Below the pieces are notes generated by a model. The model was given only the letters and a program-made list of their open reading frames with translations. It searched no databases and was not told the DNA's origin. From Tepidisphaera sp. (GTDB lineage: Bacteria; Planctomycetota; Phycisphaerae; Phycisphaerales; UBA1924), in assembly GCA_050916045.1 (NCBI GenBank), contig CP051526.1:3840001-3904000 (forward strand): 64,000 bases of DNA, written 5' to 3'. Position 1 is the first letter of the stretch. Each line of letters opens with the position of its first letter. Made by a program: the position numbers and the translations under genes. This document shows positions 1 to 9,979 of this stretch, one piece after another.

Positions 1-906
1 TCCGCGTTCGCGCTCGCCGCGGCCGCCATGGCTCAAACGCCACTGCCCCTGACCAACGGAAACTTCGAGAACGGAAGCCGCATCAGCCCGCAGGAGCCCG
101 AAGGCTGGCACAACCTGTCGAGCCCGACGTTCGCGATCCACCGCAACATCGGCGACGGCCGCGGGTTCATGCCCACGCCGCGCTCGGGCAACCGCTGCGT
201 CGAGATCCGCACGCCCGGCTTCTCCGAGTTCCGCGGGTTCACGACCGACACGCTCAACTTCTTCCAGCCCGGGTTCCCGTTCTATGACCCGCTCTGGGAA
301 TGGGAAGGCCAGAACTCGGGCGACCTCGTCCTCACCGGCTGGTACTACATCCCGACCGACAACCCGATCACCGGCGATCAGGTGGGCATCAAGCTCAACG
401 TGAAGCGCGGCAACCAGGACTTCGCCACGCTCGACCCCTGGGGCGGCGAAGCAGCGACGATCTCCGGCGATACCAACAACGAGTGGCGCCAGTTCGAGGT
501 GCGTTGGAGCCTCGCGGACATCCAGGAAGAGGTGATCTTCAACGACACCTTCGGCTGCGGCGGCGGCGGCGCTCCGTGCGGCGGCTGCTTTAGCCCCTGC
601 CTCGGGCCGGGTGCTTACCCCAACCACATGAAGATCACGATCGGCCGGTTCGGCTTTGGCAGCCTTCCGAGCTCGGGCACGATCTTCTGGGATGACATCG
701 TGTACACGATCGTTCCAGCGACCCCGAGCTGCCCGGCCGACTTCAACGGCGACGGGTTCCTGGACTTCTTCGACTACGACGATTACGTCAACTGCTTCGA
801 AACCGGCACGTGCCCCCCGGGCCGCACGGCGGACTTCAACGGCGACGAGTTTGTGGATTTCTTCGATTACGATGAGTTCGTCGAGGGCTTTGAGACCGGC
901 TGCTGA
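1..906 (+). CDS. Secreted protein with CBM/jelly-roll-like domain and C-terminal GC-ending dockerin-like tail (5'-truncated)
   Basis: Frame open from base 1 (SAFALAAAAMAQ looks like the end of a signal peptide). NGNFE start is typical of CBM-like domains. Ends CPADFNGDGFLDFFDY...ADFNGDEFVDFFDY...ETGC. Confidence 0.8.
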   Translation, partial: SAFALAAAAMAQTPLPLTNGNFENGSRISPQEPEGWHNLSSPTFAIHRNIGDGRGFMPTPRSGNRCVEIRTPGFSEFRGFTTDTLNFFQPGFPFYDPLWEWEGQNSGDLVLTGWYYIPTDNPITGDQVGIKLNVKRGNQDFATLDPWGGEAATISGDTNNEWRQFEVRWSLADIQEEVIFNDTFGCGGGGAPCGGCFSPCLGPGAYPNHMKITIGRFGFGSLPSSGTIFWDDIVYTIVPATPSCPADFNGDGFLDFFDYDDYVNCFETGTCPPGRTADFNGDEFVDFFDYDEFVEGFETGC

Positions 907-950
907 GCATCCGGCGGGCCTTGGTCCGCGAATCTGAATCAAGCTCACCC

Positions 951-984
951 CGTGGGGCGTCGCGCGAGCGGCGCCCCACGCTTT
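951..984 (+). terminator. Probable intrinsic terminator
   Basis: Stem CGTGGGGCGTCG / CGGCGCCCCACG followed by CTTT, just after the stop of the first gene. Confidence 0.5.
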
Positions 985-3349
985 GCATACGGAAAACCGC
1001 CATTTCTCGCGAATCTCAAGGTCCGTTTCGGCGCTGGGCGTCGTGGCGTCGTCATCGGTCGCTCTCGCTGGACCGCAGGTTGCGCCGTGGACGGTGACCG
1101 GCCCGGACGACACAGCGGGCGTCGCGGCTTCCAGCCTTTCCGGGTGGCATGCGTTCGCCGACAGCTTTGAGGACACGGTGGAGGTCCGACTCGCCGACGG
1201 TTCACTGGTCGCGACGATCTCGCGGTCCCAGATCGCTTCGCTGGTGCCGTGGATGAGTCTCGACGGTTCGACGGACGGGGTGGGCGCGGTCGCGTTCTCG
1301 GATTCGGGCCGGCTTCTCTTCATCGCGGTGCACGATTCGGTCTCGGCGCCGGACGGACAGCCGGGAGACGCGGTGCTGCGATACGACACCTCGACCGGAG
1401 CGCTCACGCTTTTCGCGCGGGTCGAATTCGGGACCGACGCGACGTGGCCGCACGAAGCACTGGCCCACGCCGCGGGTCGGCTCTACGTCGGGGCTTCGGG
1501 GAGCCTGCGCATCTACCGGGCTCAAGCCAACGACACCTCCGGCACGCTTCTCTCCTCCGTGACGGTCGCGGGCGGCGAGACGGTCACGGGGATCGCGACC
1601 GATCGCGTCGCGAACCACATCTACTGGACGGCGGGCTCGACGCTTTATCGTGCGACGCAAGCGAACACGCTCGCTCCATCCGTGGTGGGCACGCTTCCCG
1701 CGCCCGCGGTCGGGATCGCGTTCACGGATCACCTCGCGGGCACCAACGATGCGGCGCTCTACGTGCTCGATACCAACATCGCTCAGCCGCTGTACCGCGT
1801 CTGGAAGGTCCCCGCGTCGCAAGCCCGAAGCCAGCAGACGTTCGCGCCGACGCTCTACCTCGCCGGAGCCACGGTTGCCCACGATCTGGCCGCGACCGCG
1901 GACGGCAAGCTCCTGCTCGCGACCGACGAGGATGCGATCCAGGTTCGCGACACCGACGACACGCGCCTGAGCTTCCAAGCTTGGGCTTCCGACGAGTTCG
2001 CGCAGGTGGTCCGCTTCGGCCGCTCGCTGATCACGACGGGCCCGGGAGGGGGCGGCGGCCCGGCGGGATGGGTGATCGACGCGGACGTCGCGCAGGGCGG
2101 CACACGCTTTCACCCCGCATCCCCCGACGGAGCGGCGTGGACCGTCCTGCTGCTCATGATGAACGACCACCTGACCGGCGACCCGACGGCCCAGGCGCAG
2201 GTCCGCAACGTTCTCCGCCGCTACGCCGGGCGAGCCAGCGACGGCATCGTTCCTCTTCGGTCCGCCGATGGCATCTACTGGCACTGGATCGACCCCGCGA
2301 CTGGCGGCGCCAAAGCCGGCTGGGGCGACGGCTTTGCGACCATGAGCACGATGAAGATCGTCCTCGCCGCCGCTCGCGCCAAAGCCTTCTACGCCGATGA
2401 CGCGGACATCGCCGCGTCCGCTGAAGCGATCATCTGCGGAATCTCCCGCTGGGATGACTATTTCAACGGCTCGGGCCAGATGTACCTGCTCGGACAGCCG
2501 AGCGGCGGTCCGCTCACAAGCTCCGCATCCTCCGGCTTTCACGAGGGAATCCTCTTCTCCGATCAGCTCGGGACCTACGGGGGCGACTTCGGTCAAGCGA
2601 TCTCAAACCTCTGGATGTTCCGGTCCTTCTGGCCGACCGCAACGTACATCAGCGGCAAGCCGGTCACGGGGCAAGCTTCCAACCAGTTCCTTCCCGCGTT
2701 CATCACGATCTACCCGTGGCTTCTGATCGACTCCTTCCGAACCGATCCGTCCTGGCGGACGAACTTCGGCAACCTCCGCGAATCGCACGCGGCCTGGACG
2801 GACGATCGCGGCCCGCGCTGGTCCACCGTCTTCTCCGCAGGGACGACCGCTCCGGCATGGGGCGGGTACCACGCCGACAGCCTCAGCGACCACCCGGGCG
2901 ACGTCTCGACGTTCCCGGCGCTCCTTTCGCTGGTCAGCGGTGAGCACGCCGCTCCGCGTCTTCCCGAGGCGTATGCGGCGTACCACGCGTACCGCGTCGG
3001 GGCCCGCCAGACCTTCGCGGGCGGTGCTTCGCTGCTCTACCGCCGCTCAAGCGTCACGCCGTCCTACTCGCCCGACTCCGCGGGCCTGCCCGATGTCGCG
3101 ATGGGCGCGCTCGGCCTCGCTGAGCTTCTCTCGCCCGGATCGGTCCGCGCGGTGCTCACGGGCGCGTACCCGTCATGCTCGTCGTGTCCGGCGGATTACA
3201 ACGGCGACGGATTCCTGGACTTCTTCGACTACGACGAGTTCGTCCTCGGCTTCGAGACCGGCGACCTTCGAGCCGACTACAACGGCGACGGGTTCCTGGA
3301 CTTCTTCGATTACGACGACTTCGTTCTCGCGTTCGAGACCGGCTGCTGA
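983..3349 (+). CDS. Secreted beta-propeller + glucoamylase/GH144-like (alpha/alpha)6 domain protein with dockerin-like tail
   Basis: Signal-like N-terminus; propeller-like region; GIYWHWIDPATG...STMKIVLAAARAKAFYADDADI...W resembles the GH144/DUF3131 core; GC tail. Start codon uncertain (TTG). Confidence 0.6.
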   Translation: MHTENRHFSRISRSVSALGVVASSSVALAGPQVAPWTVTGPDDTAGVAASSLSGWHAFADSFEDTVEVRLADGSLVATISRSQIASLVPWMSLDGSTDGVGAVAFSDSGRLLFIAVHDSVSAPDGQPGDAVLRYDTSTGALTLFARVEFGTDATWPHEALAHAAGRLYVGASGSLRIYRAQANDTSGTLLSSVTVAGGETVTGIATDRVANHIYWTAGSTLYRATQANTLAPSVVGTLPAPAVGIAFTDHLAGTNDAALYVLDTNIAQPLYRVWKVPASQARSQQTFAPTLYLAGATVAHDLAATADGKLLLATDEDAIQVRDTDDTRLSFQAWASDEFAQVVRFGRSLITTGPGGGGGPAGWVIDADVAQGGTRFHPASPDGAAWTVLLLMMNDHLTGDPTAQAQVRNVLRRYAGRASDGIVPLRSADGIYWHWIDPATGGAKAGWGDGFATMSTMKIVLAAARAKAFYADDADIAASAEAIICGISRWDDYFNGSGQMYLLGQPSGGPLTSSASSGFHEGILFSDQLGTYGGDFGQAISNLWMFRSFWPTATYISGKPVTGQASNQFLPAFITIYPWLLIDSFRTDPSWRTNFGNLRESHAAWTDDRGPRWSTVFSAGTTAPAWGGYHADSLSDHPGDVSTFPALLSLVSGEHAAPRLPEAYAAYHAYRVGARQTFAGGASLLYRRSSVTPSYSPDSAGLPDVAMGALGLAELLSPGSVRAVLTGAYPSCSSCPADYNGDGFLDFFDYDEFVLGFETGDLRADYNGDGFLDFFDYDDFVLAFETGC

Positions 3350-3577
3350 CCGTTCTCGCCGTTCACACCGCTTGAAAAGAAAGAACGCCGATCCGCGCTG
3401 GCGGACCGGCGTCCCTACACCACTCTCGCCTCGCACTGTCCCGCGAGTCGGAGATCGATTTCATCCTCCGCCTGCGTCCGACGACGGAGGAGGAAAGTTC
3501 CGACCGTTCACCGATGAGGAGCGGCGGAGCGTGCGTGCTTCGCTCCGCCGCCGCGGCGAACGACCGGGGAAACCAGC

Positions 3578-4855
3578 TCAGCAACCGGCTTCGTACCCGG
3601 CCACAAAGTCGCTGTAGTCGAAGAAGTCGATGAACCCGTCCGCGTTGAAGTCCGCGGAAGCCGCGCCCGTCTCGAACGCGAGAACGAAGTCGCTGTAGTC
3701 GAAGAAGTCCAGGAACCCATCGCCGTTGAAGTCGACCGGGCAGGGCCCGGTCGTCGTGTTCATGAACACGGAGACGGTGCTCGGCGTGCGGTTCGCCACC
3801 GCGAGGTCGAGCTGGCCGTCACCGTTGAAGTCGGCCGCGGACAGCCCGTCCGGATCAGCCCCGGCCGCGAGCAGAGCGCCCGAAGCGAAGACGCCCGCGC
3901 CGTTGTTCGTCATGATGGTGACGTTGGCCGAATCCTGGTTCGCCGTCGCGGCGTCCAGATCGCCGTCAAGGTCAAAGTCGCGGATGATCAGGTCGCCCGA
4001 ATTGCTCCCGCCCGTCGGGTAGTGCACCGGAGCCGAGAAAAGACCGCCGCCGAGGTTCATGACAACCGAGAGACGGCCCGCGCCGTTGTTGTCCTGCGTC
4101 ACGGCAAAGTCCACGCGGCCGTCCCCGTTGAGATCGCCCGTGTCGACGCCGTCAGGCCGCATCGCCGCGCCCGTGTTCACCGTCGTCCACGCGGACATCA
4201 AGCCCGCGCCGTTGTTGCGGAGGATCGAAGCCGTGCGATCGCGGTGGTTCGTCACCACAAGGTCCATCGCGCCGTTCCCGTCCACGTCGATCGGCGCGAT
4301 CGCGCGGGGCTCTTCACCCACGGCGTACTGCGCCGTCGTCCAGCCCGCCGCACCGTTGATCGCGACCGTGATGTCGTTGGACTCGCGGTTTGCGGCGACG
4401 AGATCAATCCGGCCATCCCCATTCATGTCGGCCGAACGAATCGACCGCGGCTCGACGCCGGCGGGAATCGTGACGCCCAGGACGAACCCGGCGGGAGTCT
4501 TGGTCAGGATCTGGATGCGACCGACGTTGTGCTCGGCGATCGCGAGATCGGCCGCGCCGTCGCCGTTGAAGTCCGCCGCGACGATGTCGCCCGCGCCCAC
4601 ACCGGCGCCCAGCAGGATCGAGCCCGCCGCCGTGAACGTGCCGCCGTCGTTGCGGAGGAGAAGCAGACGATCAGGGCCGTCGACCGTCACCACCAGATCG
4701 AGCACGCCGTCGCCGCTGAAGTCGATCGCCGCCGTCGCCGAAGGGTTCGTCGCCGCGGGAATGTTGATCGCCGCGCTGAAGCCGAACTGGGCCTGAGCGG
4801 AAACCGCAAGCCCGGCCGTCGCCAAGAGACCGAGAGTCATCACGTTCTTATTCAT
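3578..4855 (-). CDS. FG-GAP/VCBS repeat secreted protein with dockerin-like tail
   Basis: Signal peptide; about seven DxxGDGxxD repeats; ends YEAGC; AAGGAG upstream. Confidence 0.9.
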   Translation of the reverse strand: MNKNVMTLGLLATAGLAVSAQAQFGFSAAINIPAATNPSATAAIDFSGDGVLDLVVTVDGPDRLLLLRNDGGTFTAAGSILLGAGVGAGDIVAADFNGDGAADLAIAEHNVGRIQILTKTPAGFVLGVTIPAGVEPRSIRSADMNGDGRIDLVAANRESNDITVAINGAAGWTTAQYAVGEEPRAIAPIDVDGNGAMDLVVTNHRDRTASILRNNGAGLMSAWTTVNTGAAMRPDGVDTGDLNGDGRVDFAVTQDNNGAGRLSVVMNLGGGLFSAPVHYPTGGSNSGDLIIRDFDLDGDLDAATANQDSANVTIMTNNGAGVFASGALLAAGADPDGLSAADFNGDGQLDLAVANRTPSTVSVFMNTTTGPCPVDFNGDGFLDFFDYSDFVLAFETGAASADFNADGFIDFFDYSDFVAGYEAGC

Positions 4856-4991
4856 AAGCCAACTCCTTGTGTGTGTTCGCCGAAGCCACGTCCGGCGATT
4901 GGAAGAGCGGGTCGCACGCGCCGTGATACCACTCCTTCAGAATTTCTCGCGGGCCCGCTTCGCGAAGCCGGATGAACTCTCGCAGCGCATG

Positions 4992-5017
4992 AAAACGCCG
5001 CGCGAACTCGCGCGGCG
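4992..5017 (-). terminator. Probable intrinsic terminator after the S8 gene
   Basis: Minus strand reads CGCCGCGCGA-GT-TCGCGCGGCG-TTTT. Confidence 0.55.
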
Positions 5018-5041
5018 ATGAGGGTTTACGCTTGCCTGATC

Positions 5042-6424
5042 TCAGCAACCGGACTCGAACGCGGCGAGATACGCGTCGTAGTCGAAGAAATCGATAAAGC
5101 CGTCGCGGTTGCTGTCGGCAGCGCTCGCGCCGGTCTCGAAAGCTTCCACATACGCGGTGTAGTCGAAGAAATCGACGAACTCGTCCGCGTTCATGTCCGC
5201 GGCGCACACCGCCGCGCCCGCGTCGATCACCGGCGCAAGCCCGTCCTCGCGGTGTCCGCAGCCCATCCCGTACGGCACGCCGACATCCACGATCCGCGAA
5301 GCGGCGCAGAGCCGAGCCTGCATCCAGAGCACATCGCGCGGCCCGTACTTGGCCCGCACCATCGACGCCACACCGGACATCATCGCCGCGGCAAAGCTCG
5401 TCCCCGAACCTTCGGCGTACCCGAAAGCTGCGCCGTCGTACCACATGCTCCGGATGTTCACCGCCGGCGCGGAGATGTCCAGCGACCGACCCCAATCCGA
5501 GAAGCTCGCGCGACGCCACAGGCCGCTCACGCGTTCGAGCCCACCCACGCCGATGACCTGGTCGAACTCCGCCGGATAGACGCGGGCGTTGCGCGTGTCG
5601 CTCCCGCTGTTGCTCACCGCCGAGATGCAGGTGACCCCCGCCGCGTCCGCATCCTCGAGCGCCCGCTCGACCGCGTTGCTCGCGACCAGCGTGGCAAAGC
5701 TCATGTTGATCACGCCCGCGCCCGACTCGATCGCGTGGTAGATCCCGCTCGCCACGGCGAAGGCGTTGCCGACCCCGTCGCAGCCGAGCACCGTGACTGG
5801 CAGCACGCGAGCGTCCGGATCCACGAGCGTGATCACGCCCGCGGTGTGTGTGCCGTGCCCGACCAGGCCCGATCCCGGACCGCACGCGGACTCGTCCGCT
5901 TGCGTGGTATCGGCAATGAAGTTGTACCCGCCCGGGGCAAGGCGCGAAACAAGGTCGGGGTGAGGCGCGACGCCCGTGTCGAGAACCGCGACCAGCGTTC
6001 CACGCGGCGCCGTCAGCGGCGGAGGAGGCGTCAGCGCGTTGATGTCCGCGAGCGCCTGTTGCGTCCGATAGTTGCCGGCCGTCGTGCGAAGGAACAAGCT
6101 CTGCGTGGTGCCCTCCTCGGCACTCGCGACCGTCTTGTTCTGCTCGGCGACGCGGAGCCGGTCGACGTCGGCCGCGAGCTCAAGCTCGTACTGCGCCTCC
6201 TGCCCGGCCGGCACCGCTACCAAATGGATGCGCGCCGGCGAGTACCGGCGGAGGTCGGTCAGCGAAAGCGTCGGGTGCGCGGCTCGAACATCGTCGAGCG
6301 TCACGCCCGGCTGCGTGATCAGCACCAGCTGCCCGGGGATGGGCGTGCCGTTATCGTGACCACAAGCCGCGCCGGCAAGGGCCGCGATCGCGAGGAAACA
6401 CAGCGATTGAGATCCGTTTACCAT
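5042..6424 (-). CDS. S8 (subtilisin-like) serine peptidase, secreted, with dockerin-like tail
   Basis: Triad motifs VAVLDTG, GHGTHTAG, GTSFAA; signal peptide MVNGSQSLCFLAIAALAGAAC; start overlaps the end of the CHAT gene; ends FESGC. Confidence 0.9.
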   Translation of the reverse strand: MVNGSQSLCFLAIAALAGAACGHDNGTPIPGQLVLITQPGVTLDDVRAAHPTLSLTDLRRYSPARIHLVAVPAGQEAQYELELAADVDRLRVAEQNKTVASAEEGTTQSLFLRTTAGNYRTQQALADINALTPPPPLTAPRGTLVAVLDTGVAPHPDLVSRLAPGGYNFIADTTQADESACGPGSGLVGHGTHTAGVITLVDPDARVLPVTVLGCDGVGNAFAVASGIYHAIESGAGVINMSFATLVASNAVERALEDADAAGVTCISAVSNSGSDTRNARVYPAEFDQVIGVGGLERVSGLWRRASFSDWGRSLDISAPAVNIRSMWYDGAAFGYAEGSGTSFAAAMMSGVASMVRAKYGPRDVLWMQARLCAASRIVDVGVPYGMGCGHREDGLAPVIDAGAAVCAADMNADEFVDFFDYTAYVEAFETGASAADSNRDGFIDFFDYDAYLAAFESGC

Positions 6425-9252
6425 GGTCGATACACCGTTACAAAGGGTGCCCACGCCGCCGCGTGCGCGCCCGACTTCATCTTTTCTCGCTGCGCCGCTT
6501 GAAGCGCCGCTCCGATCGTCCCGAACGACCCATCCGCCCCGGTCATGGACCGATAGGCCGAGCCCATCAATTCCGCTGTGGACGCGTCGTGCACCGGCCA
6601 GAGCGTCGTCGTCACCGACGAAGCACCCGCCGAAAGAACCGCTCGCGCCAGACCCATCTGCTCGTCTCCTCCCGACACCGCCGCACGGCCCGTGTCACAC
6701 CCACTGAGGAGCACCGAAGCACCGGAAAGATACGCCCGCGTGATCTCATGGGCTGTGATCCAGCCGTCCGAGAGCTTGAGGCCCGAAGCCCCGGGGTTGC
6801 TCGGGATGAACCGGGCGTGGCACGCCAGATGAAGGTGGGAACAGCTCCCCGACCGCTGGAAAAAGGCCTCTCGGGTGGCCGCTGGCCCGGTCAGGACCAC
6901 CGCCGAGGAGAGGCAATCGGCCACGTCGTGAGCTTCGACCTCGGACCGGGGTGCGCGCTCATCGGAAACGCCCATGATCAGTTCGCCGCGTCCGAGAACC
7001 GCCGGAGCGATTCGCTCGAGAACGCTGACGCTCGGGGAGAGGGCGACTTCCACGCGCTCAAGCAAGCGAAGCGAGCCGCGACCACCGGTTGACAGAGCCG
7101 GAAAGGGGACACCGTGAAGCGGTCCGGTCGGCACGATCACCACGCGGGTGCAGCCGGCGAGAGCCTGTATGACCGGCGCAAGAACGAGGGCTCCGAGGGC
7201 GTCGAGCTCGGCTTCGGCGTCGCGAGCGAGACGCTCGCCGCGTTCGCCGGCGGGGAGGCCGCGTGCGAGGGCTCGGCCGACCTGGAACATCATCGAGGCG
7301 ACCGCGTCGCGGACCGCGTGGGTGCGGGCGAACTGGCGGATGAGGACGGCACCGCCGCGGCTTCGGCTTTGGATGACGATCGCGGAAAGCGAGTCACCCT
7401 CGGCGAAGTACTCGACGACCGCGCCGTCGGTTGGGATCGAAGCGACGACCTCGTCCAGCTTCGCCGGGACCGCGAAGGAAGCGGCGTAGCGAGACGCGGC
7501 GCCGAGACGAACGACGAGGGCTTCCGCGCGGGCTTCGCGGGAGGCGATTTCGGTCCGCAAGCGTTCCATCGCGGGGCTTGCGGCGTCCGAAGCGTCGTGC
7601 GCTCTGGCGTAGAGCGCGCCGAGCTCGCCGGTGATCTGCGTGTACTCGCGAGCGAGAGCGTCGTCGGCGTCGGCGTGGGCCGCTCCGCCGCCGGAAAGGA
7701 CATCAAGGAGCGACCTGCTCTTGGACAACTCGATGAGGGTGAACGCTTCGGCGACCGCGCCATCTCCGCCGGCGTCGAGCACGGCGGAGGCGCACTCCTC
7801 CCAGATGCCCGCACGGTCGCCGAGGAAAGCGGACCGAAACCCGTCGGTCTGCAGCGCGCCGCGGCAGCGCTCGGCGTGCTGGACCGCGCGGCGCAGGACA
7901 ACGGCGGCTTGCGAAGCGTCGCCCGAAACACGGAGCGCCCGGCCGCGAAGCTGGAGCAGGTCGGCGGCGAGCGGCATGACGCTAAGGGATTCGGCGATGA
8001 CGCTCGCTTGGGCCGCGGTTGCTTGGGCGCCCGTCGCGTCGCCAGAGCGGAGCTGGACGTCGGCGGTGAGGAGGTCGACCCAGGCCCGCGCGGCGGGGCG
8101 GTCGCGAACAGCAGCCCCAGCTTCGACGAGCAGTTGCTTGGCGTGGACGTAGTCGCCGGCGGAAGCGGCGAGATCGGCGCGGAGCGCGAGGGCTTTCGCC
8201 CGCGCGGATTCGTTCTTGAGGTCCTTGAACGCGGCATCGGCGGAAGCAAGGACCGCCGCGGCCCGTTGGTTGCCGGCTTTGGCAAGGGCCCGGCCAAGCC
8301 CAAGCTCGGCGCGTGCGGCTTCGGCTGTCATCTTGTGCGTCTGGAGCACCGGAATCGCCTGCTCGTACGCGCGGATCGCGAGGGGAAGCATGCCGAGGTT
8401 GGTGAGGACATCGGCGTGCTCGACCGCGAGGCGTGCGGCGTCGCCGGGGGCGGAAGCTTCATCGAGCGCTCGGCGGGCTTCTTCGAACATCGCGAGGGCT
8501 TCGTGCAGCCGTCCCTGTCGTGAAGCCAGGTCGGCGAGGTTGCCCAGGACGATGCCGGCGTGGCGAGAGGCGGAGGCGGCGCGGAACGCGGCGAGGGCGG
8601 AGCGGAACGCGGCTTCCGCTTCCGCGAACCGGTCCAGATCGAGCAGGGCTTCGGCGCGGTTGTTCTCGACGTGGGCAAGAAGAGGGGGTTCGTTCGCGAG
8701 CTCCTTTGAAGCTCGCTCGAAGTGCACGATGGCGTGAGCCGGCTTGTCGCGCATGCGTTCGAGGATGCCCAGGTTGTTCTCGGCGCGGCCGAGCAGGGAC
8801 CGTTCGCCCGCTCGCTCGAACGCTTCGCGCCCGCGCAGACCGCACGCGATAGCTTCGTCGAACCGGCCCTGGCGGGCGAAGACGTGGAGCATGGCGAGCT
8901 GGATCCGGCCGGATTCGACGGCATCGGCGCCCGCTTCGGCGAGCGGCATGGCTTGGCTCAGGATCGTCATCGCTTCATCGAAGCGGTTGGCGTACGTGAG
9001 CGCCTGAGCCGCGACGCGGCGGACGCGGGCACGCACGGCGGGGGTAGCGTGGGCGTCGGCGAGTTCTGTAAGCGCGGCGGTCGTACGCACGGCCCGGGAG
9101 AGATCCGCCATGATCCGCCGCTCGGCTTCGTCCGCGAGCTGGGCGACGACGCCGGAAGCCTGCGGCCCCGGAGGGAGCAGCGCCGCGACCGCTTCGACGG
9201 TCGGTGCGTCGAGCGCGTCCACCATGGCGGGGATGGTGCGGGCGTCGGTCAT
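6418..9252 (-). CDS. TPR-CHAT (caspase-like) protease
   Basis: N-terminal TPR-like repeats; IVPTGPLHGVPF, HLACHA (His), LSGCDTG (Cys), TLWPVHD, WAPFV. Confidence 0.92.
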   Translation of the reverse strand: MTDARTIPAMVDALDAPTVEAVAALLPPGPQASGVVAQLADEAERRIMADLSRAVRTTAALTELADAHATPAVRARVRRVAAQALTYANRFDEAMTILSQAMPLAEAGADAVESGRIQLAMLHVFARQGRFDEAIACGLRGREAFERAGERSLLGRAENNLGILERMRDKPAHAIVHFERASKELANEPPLLAHVENNRAEALLDLDRFAEAEAAFRSALAAFRAASASRHAGIVLGNLADLASRQGRLHEALAMFEEARRALDEASAPGDAARLAVEHADVLTNLGMLPLAIRAYEQAIPVLQTHKMTAEAARAELGLGRALAKAGNQRAAAVLASADAAFKDLKNESARAKALALRADLAASAGDYVHAKQLLVEAGAAVRDRPAARAWVDLLTADVQLRSGDATGAQATAAQASVIAESLSVMPLAADLLQLRGRALRVSGDASQAAVVLRRAVQHAERCRGALQTDGFRSAFLGDRAGIWEECASAVLDAGGDGAVAEAFTLIELSKSRSLLDVLSGGGAAHADADDALAREYTQITGELGALYARAHDASDAASPAMERLRTEIASREARAEALVVRLGAASRYAASFAVPAKLDEVVASIPTDGAVVEYFAEGDSLSAIVIQSRSRGGAVLIRQFARTHAVRDAVASMMFQVGRALARGLPAGERGERLARDAEAELDALGALVLAPVIQALAGCTRVVIVPTGPLHGVPFPALSTGGRGSLRLLERVEVALSPSVSVLERIAPAVLGRGELIMGVSDERAPRSEVEAHDVADCLSSAVVLTGPAATREAFFQRSGSCSHLHLACHARFIPSNPGASGLKLSDGWITAHEITRAYLSGASVLLSGCDTGRAAVSGGDEQMGLARAVLSAGASSVTTTLWPVHDASTAELMGSAYRSMTGADGSFGTIGAALQAAQREKMKSGAHAAAWAPFVTVYRPW

Positions 9253-9875
9253 CCGATGATCAGTCGCGGGAGGGCGAGGGTTTCCTCACCCACCGCCAGG
9301 CGCAGGTCCCAAACCCCGGCTTCCACCTCGAACTGGAACCGGCCGCGGTCGTCGATCGAGGTTTCGCCGGAGGTCGTGGAGCCGATCTCGATGAACCCCA
9401 CGCGGGTCGCGCGGTCGGTTCCCGAAGCGGCGATCTGGCCGGTGATCTGGAACGCGACGGCACCGGGGCCGGGGGCGCGGATCTCAAGATCCACCTCGCC
9501 CGCGCTGCTATCGAAGGTCATGTGCCGGGTGGCGATGCTCCCCGTCCCGCGGAAGCCGGCCAGCGTGGGCGTGGCTTTGCTGTCAAAGACGAGGCTCGCC
9601 ACCACATCGGCGACGCGGTCGAACCAGGACGCGCCTTGGGCCGGAGCGGCACCCATCAAGCGGAGGGCCCGCTGGACGGTCGAAGCGGGCGGGTCGGCAA
9701 GCGTGCCGGTCTGGAGCAGAGCGGCCGCGGACTGGATCCGCGTCAGCTTGGCTTGGAGACCGGGCTGGGCTTCGACCGCGTGACGGACCCGCTGGGCATC
9801 CTGCGAAGAAAGCTCGCCCAGGGCGAAGGCCGCGAGTTCTTCGGGGCTGACGGGTTGGGCGTGGTCGTGGCTCAC
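9249..9875 (-). CDS. Soluble anti-sigma-like protein (ASD-like N-terminus, beta-sandwich C-terminus)
   Basis: EELAAFALGELS...RVRHAV resembles a zf-HC2/ASD helix lacking Cys; C-terminal DDRGRFQF...GVWDL; no TM helix; stop overlaps CHAT start (ATGA). Confidence 0.65.
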   Translation of the reverse strand: MSHDHAQPVSPEELAAFALGELSSQDAQRVRHAVEAQPGLQAKLTRIQSAAALLQTGTLADPPASTVQRALRLMGAAPAQGASWFDRVADVVASLVFDSKATPTLAGFRGTGSIATRHMTFDSSAGEVDLEIRAPGPGAVAFQITGQIAASGTDRATRVGFIEIGSTTSGETSIDDRGRFQFEVEAGVWDLRLAVGEETLALPRLIIG

Positions 9876-9979
9876 AGGGATCTCCGGTCGTGCTGGAAGA
9901 CAAGAGCGGCGTGCCGGCGGGCGCGTACATCACCCGACAAGAAACTTGCTGCCCCGGGGCCCCGGGGAGGCATCCAGGG

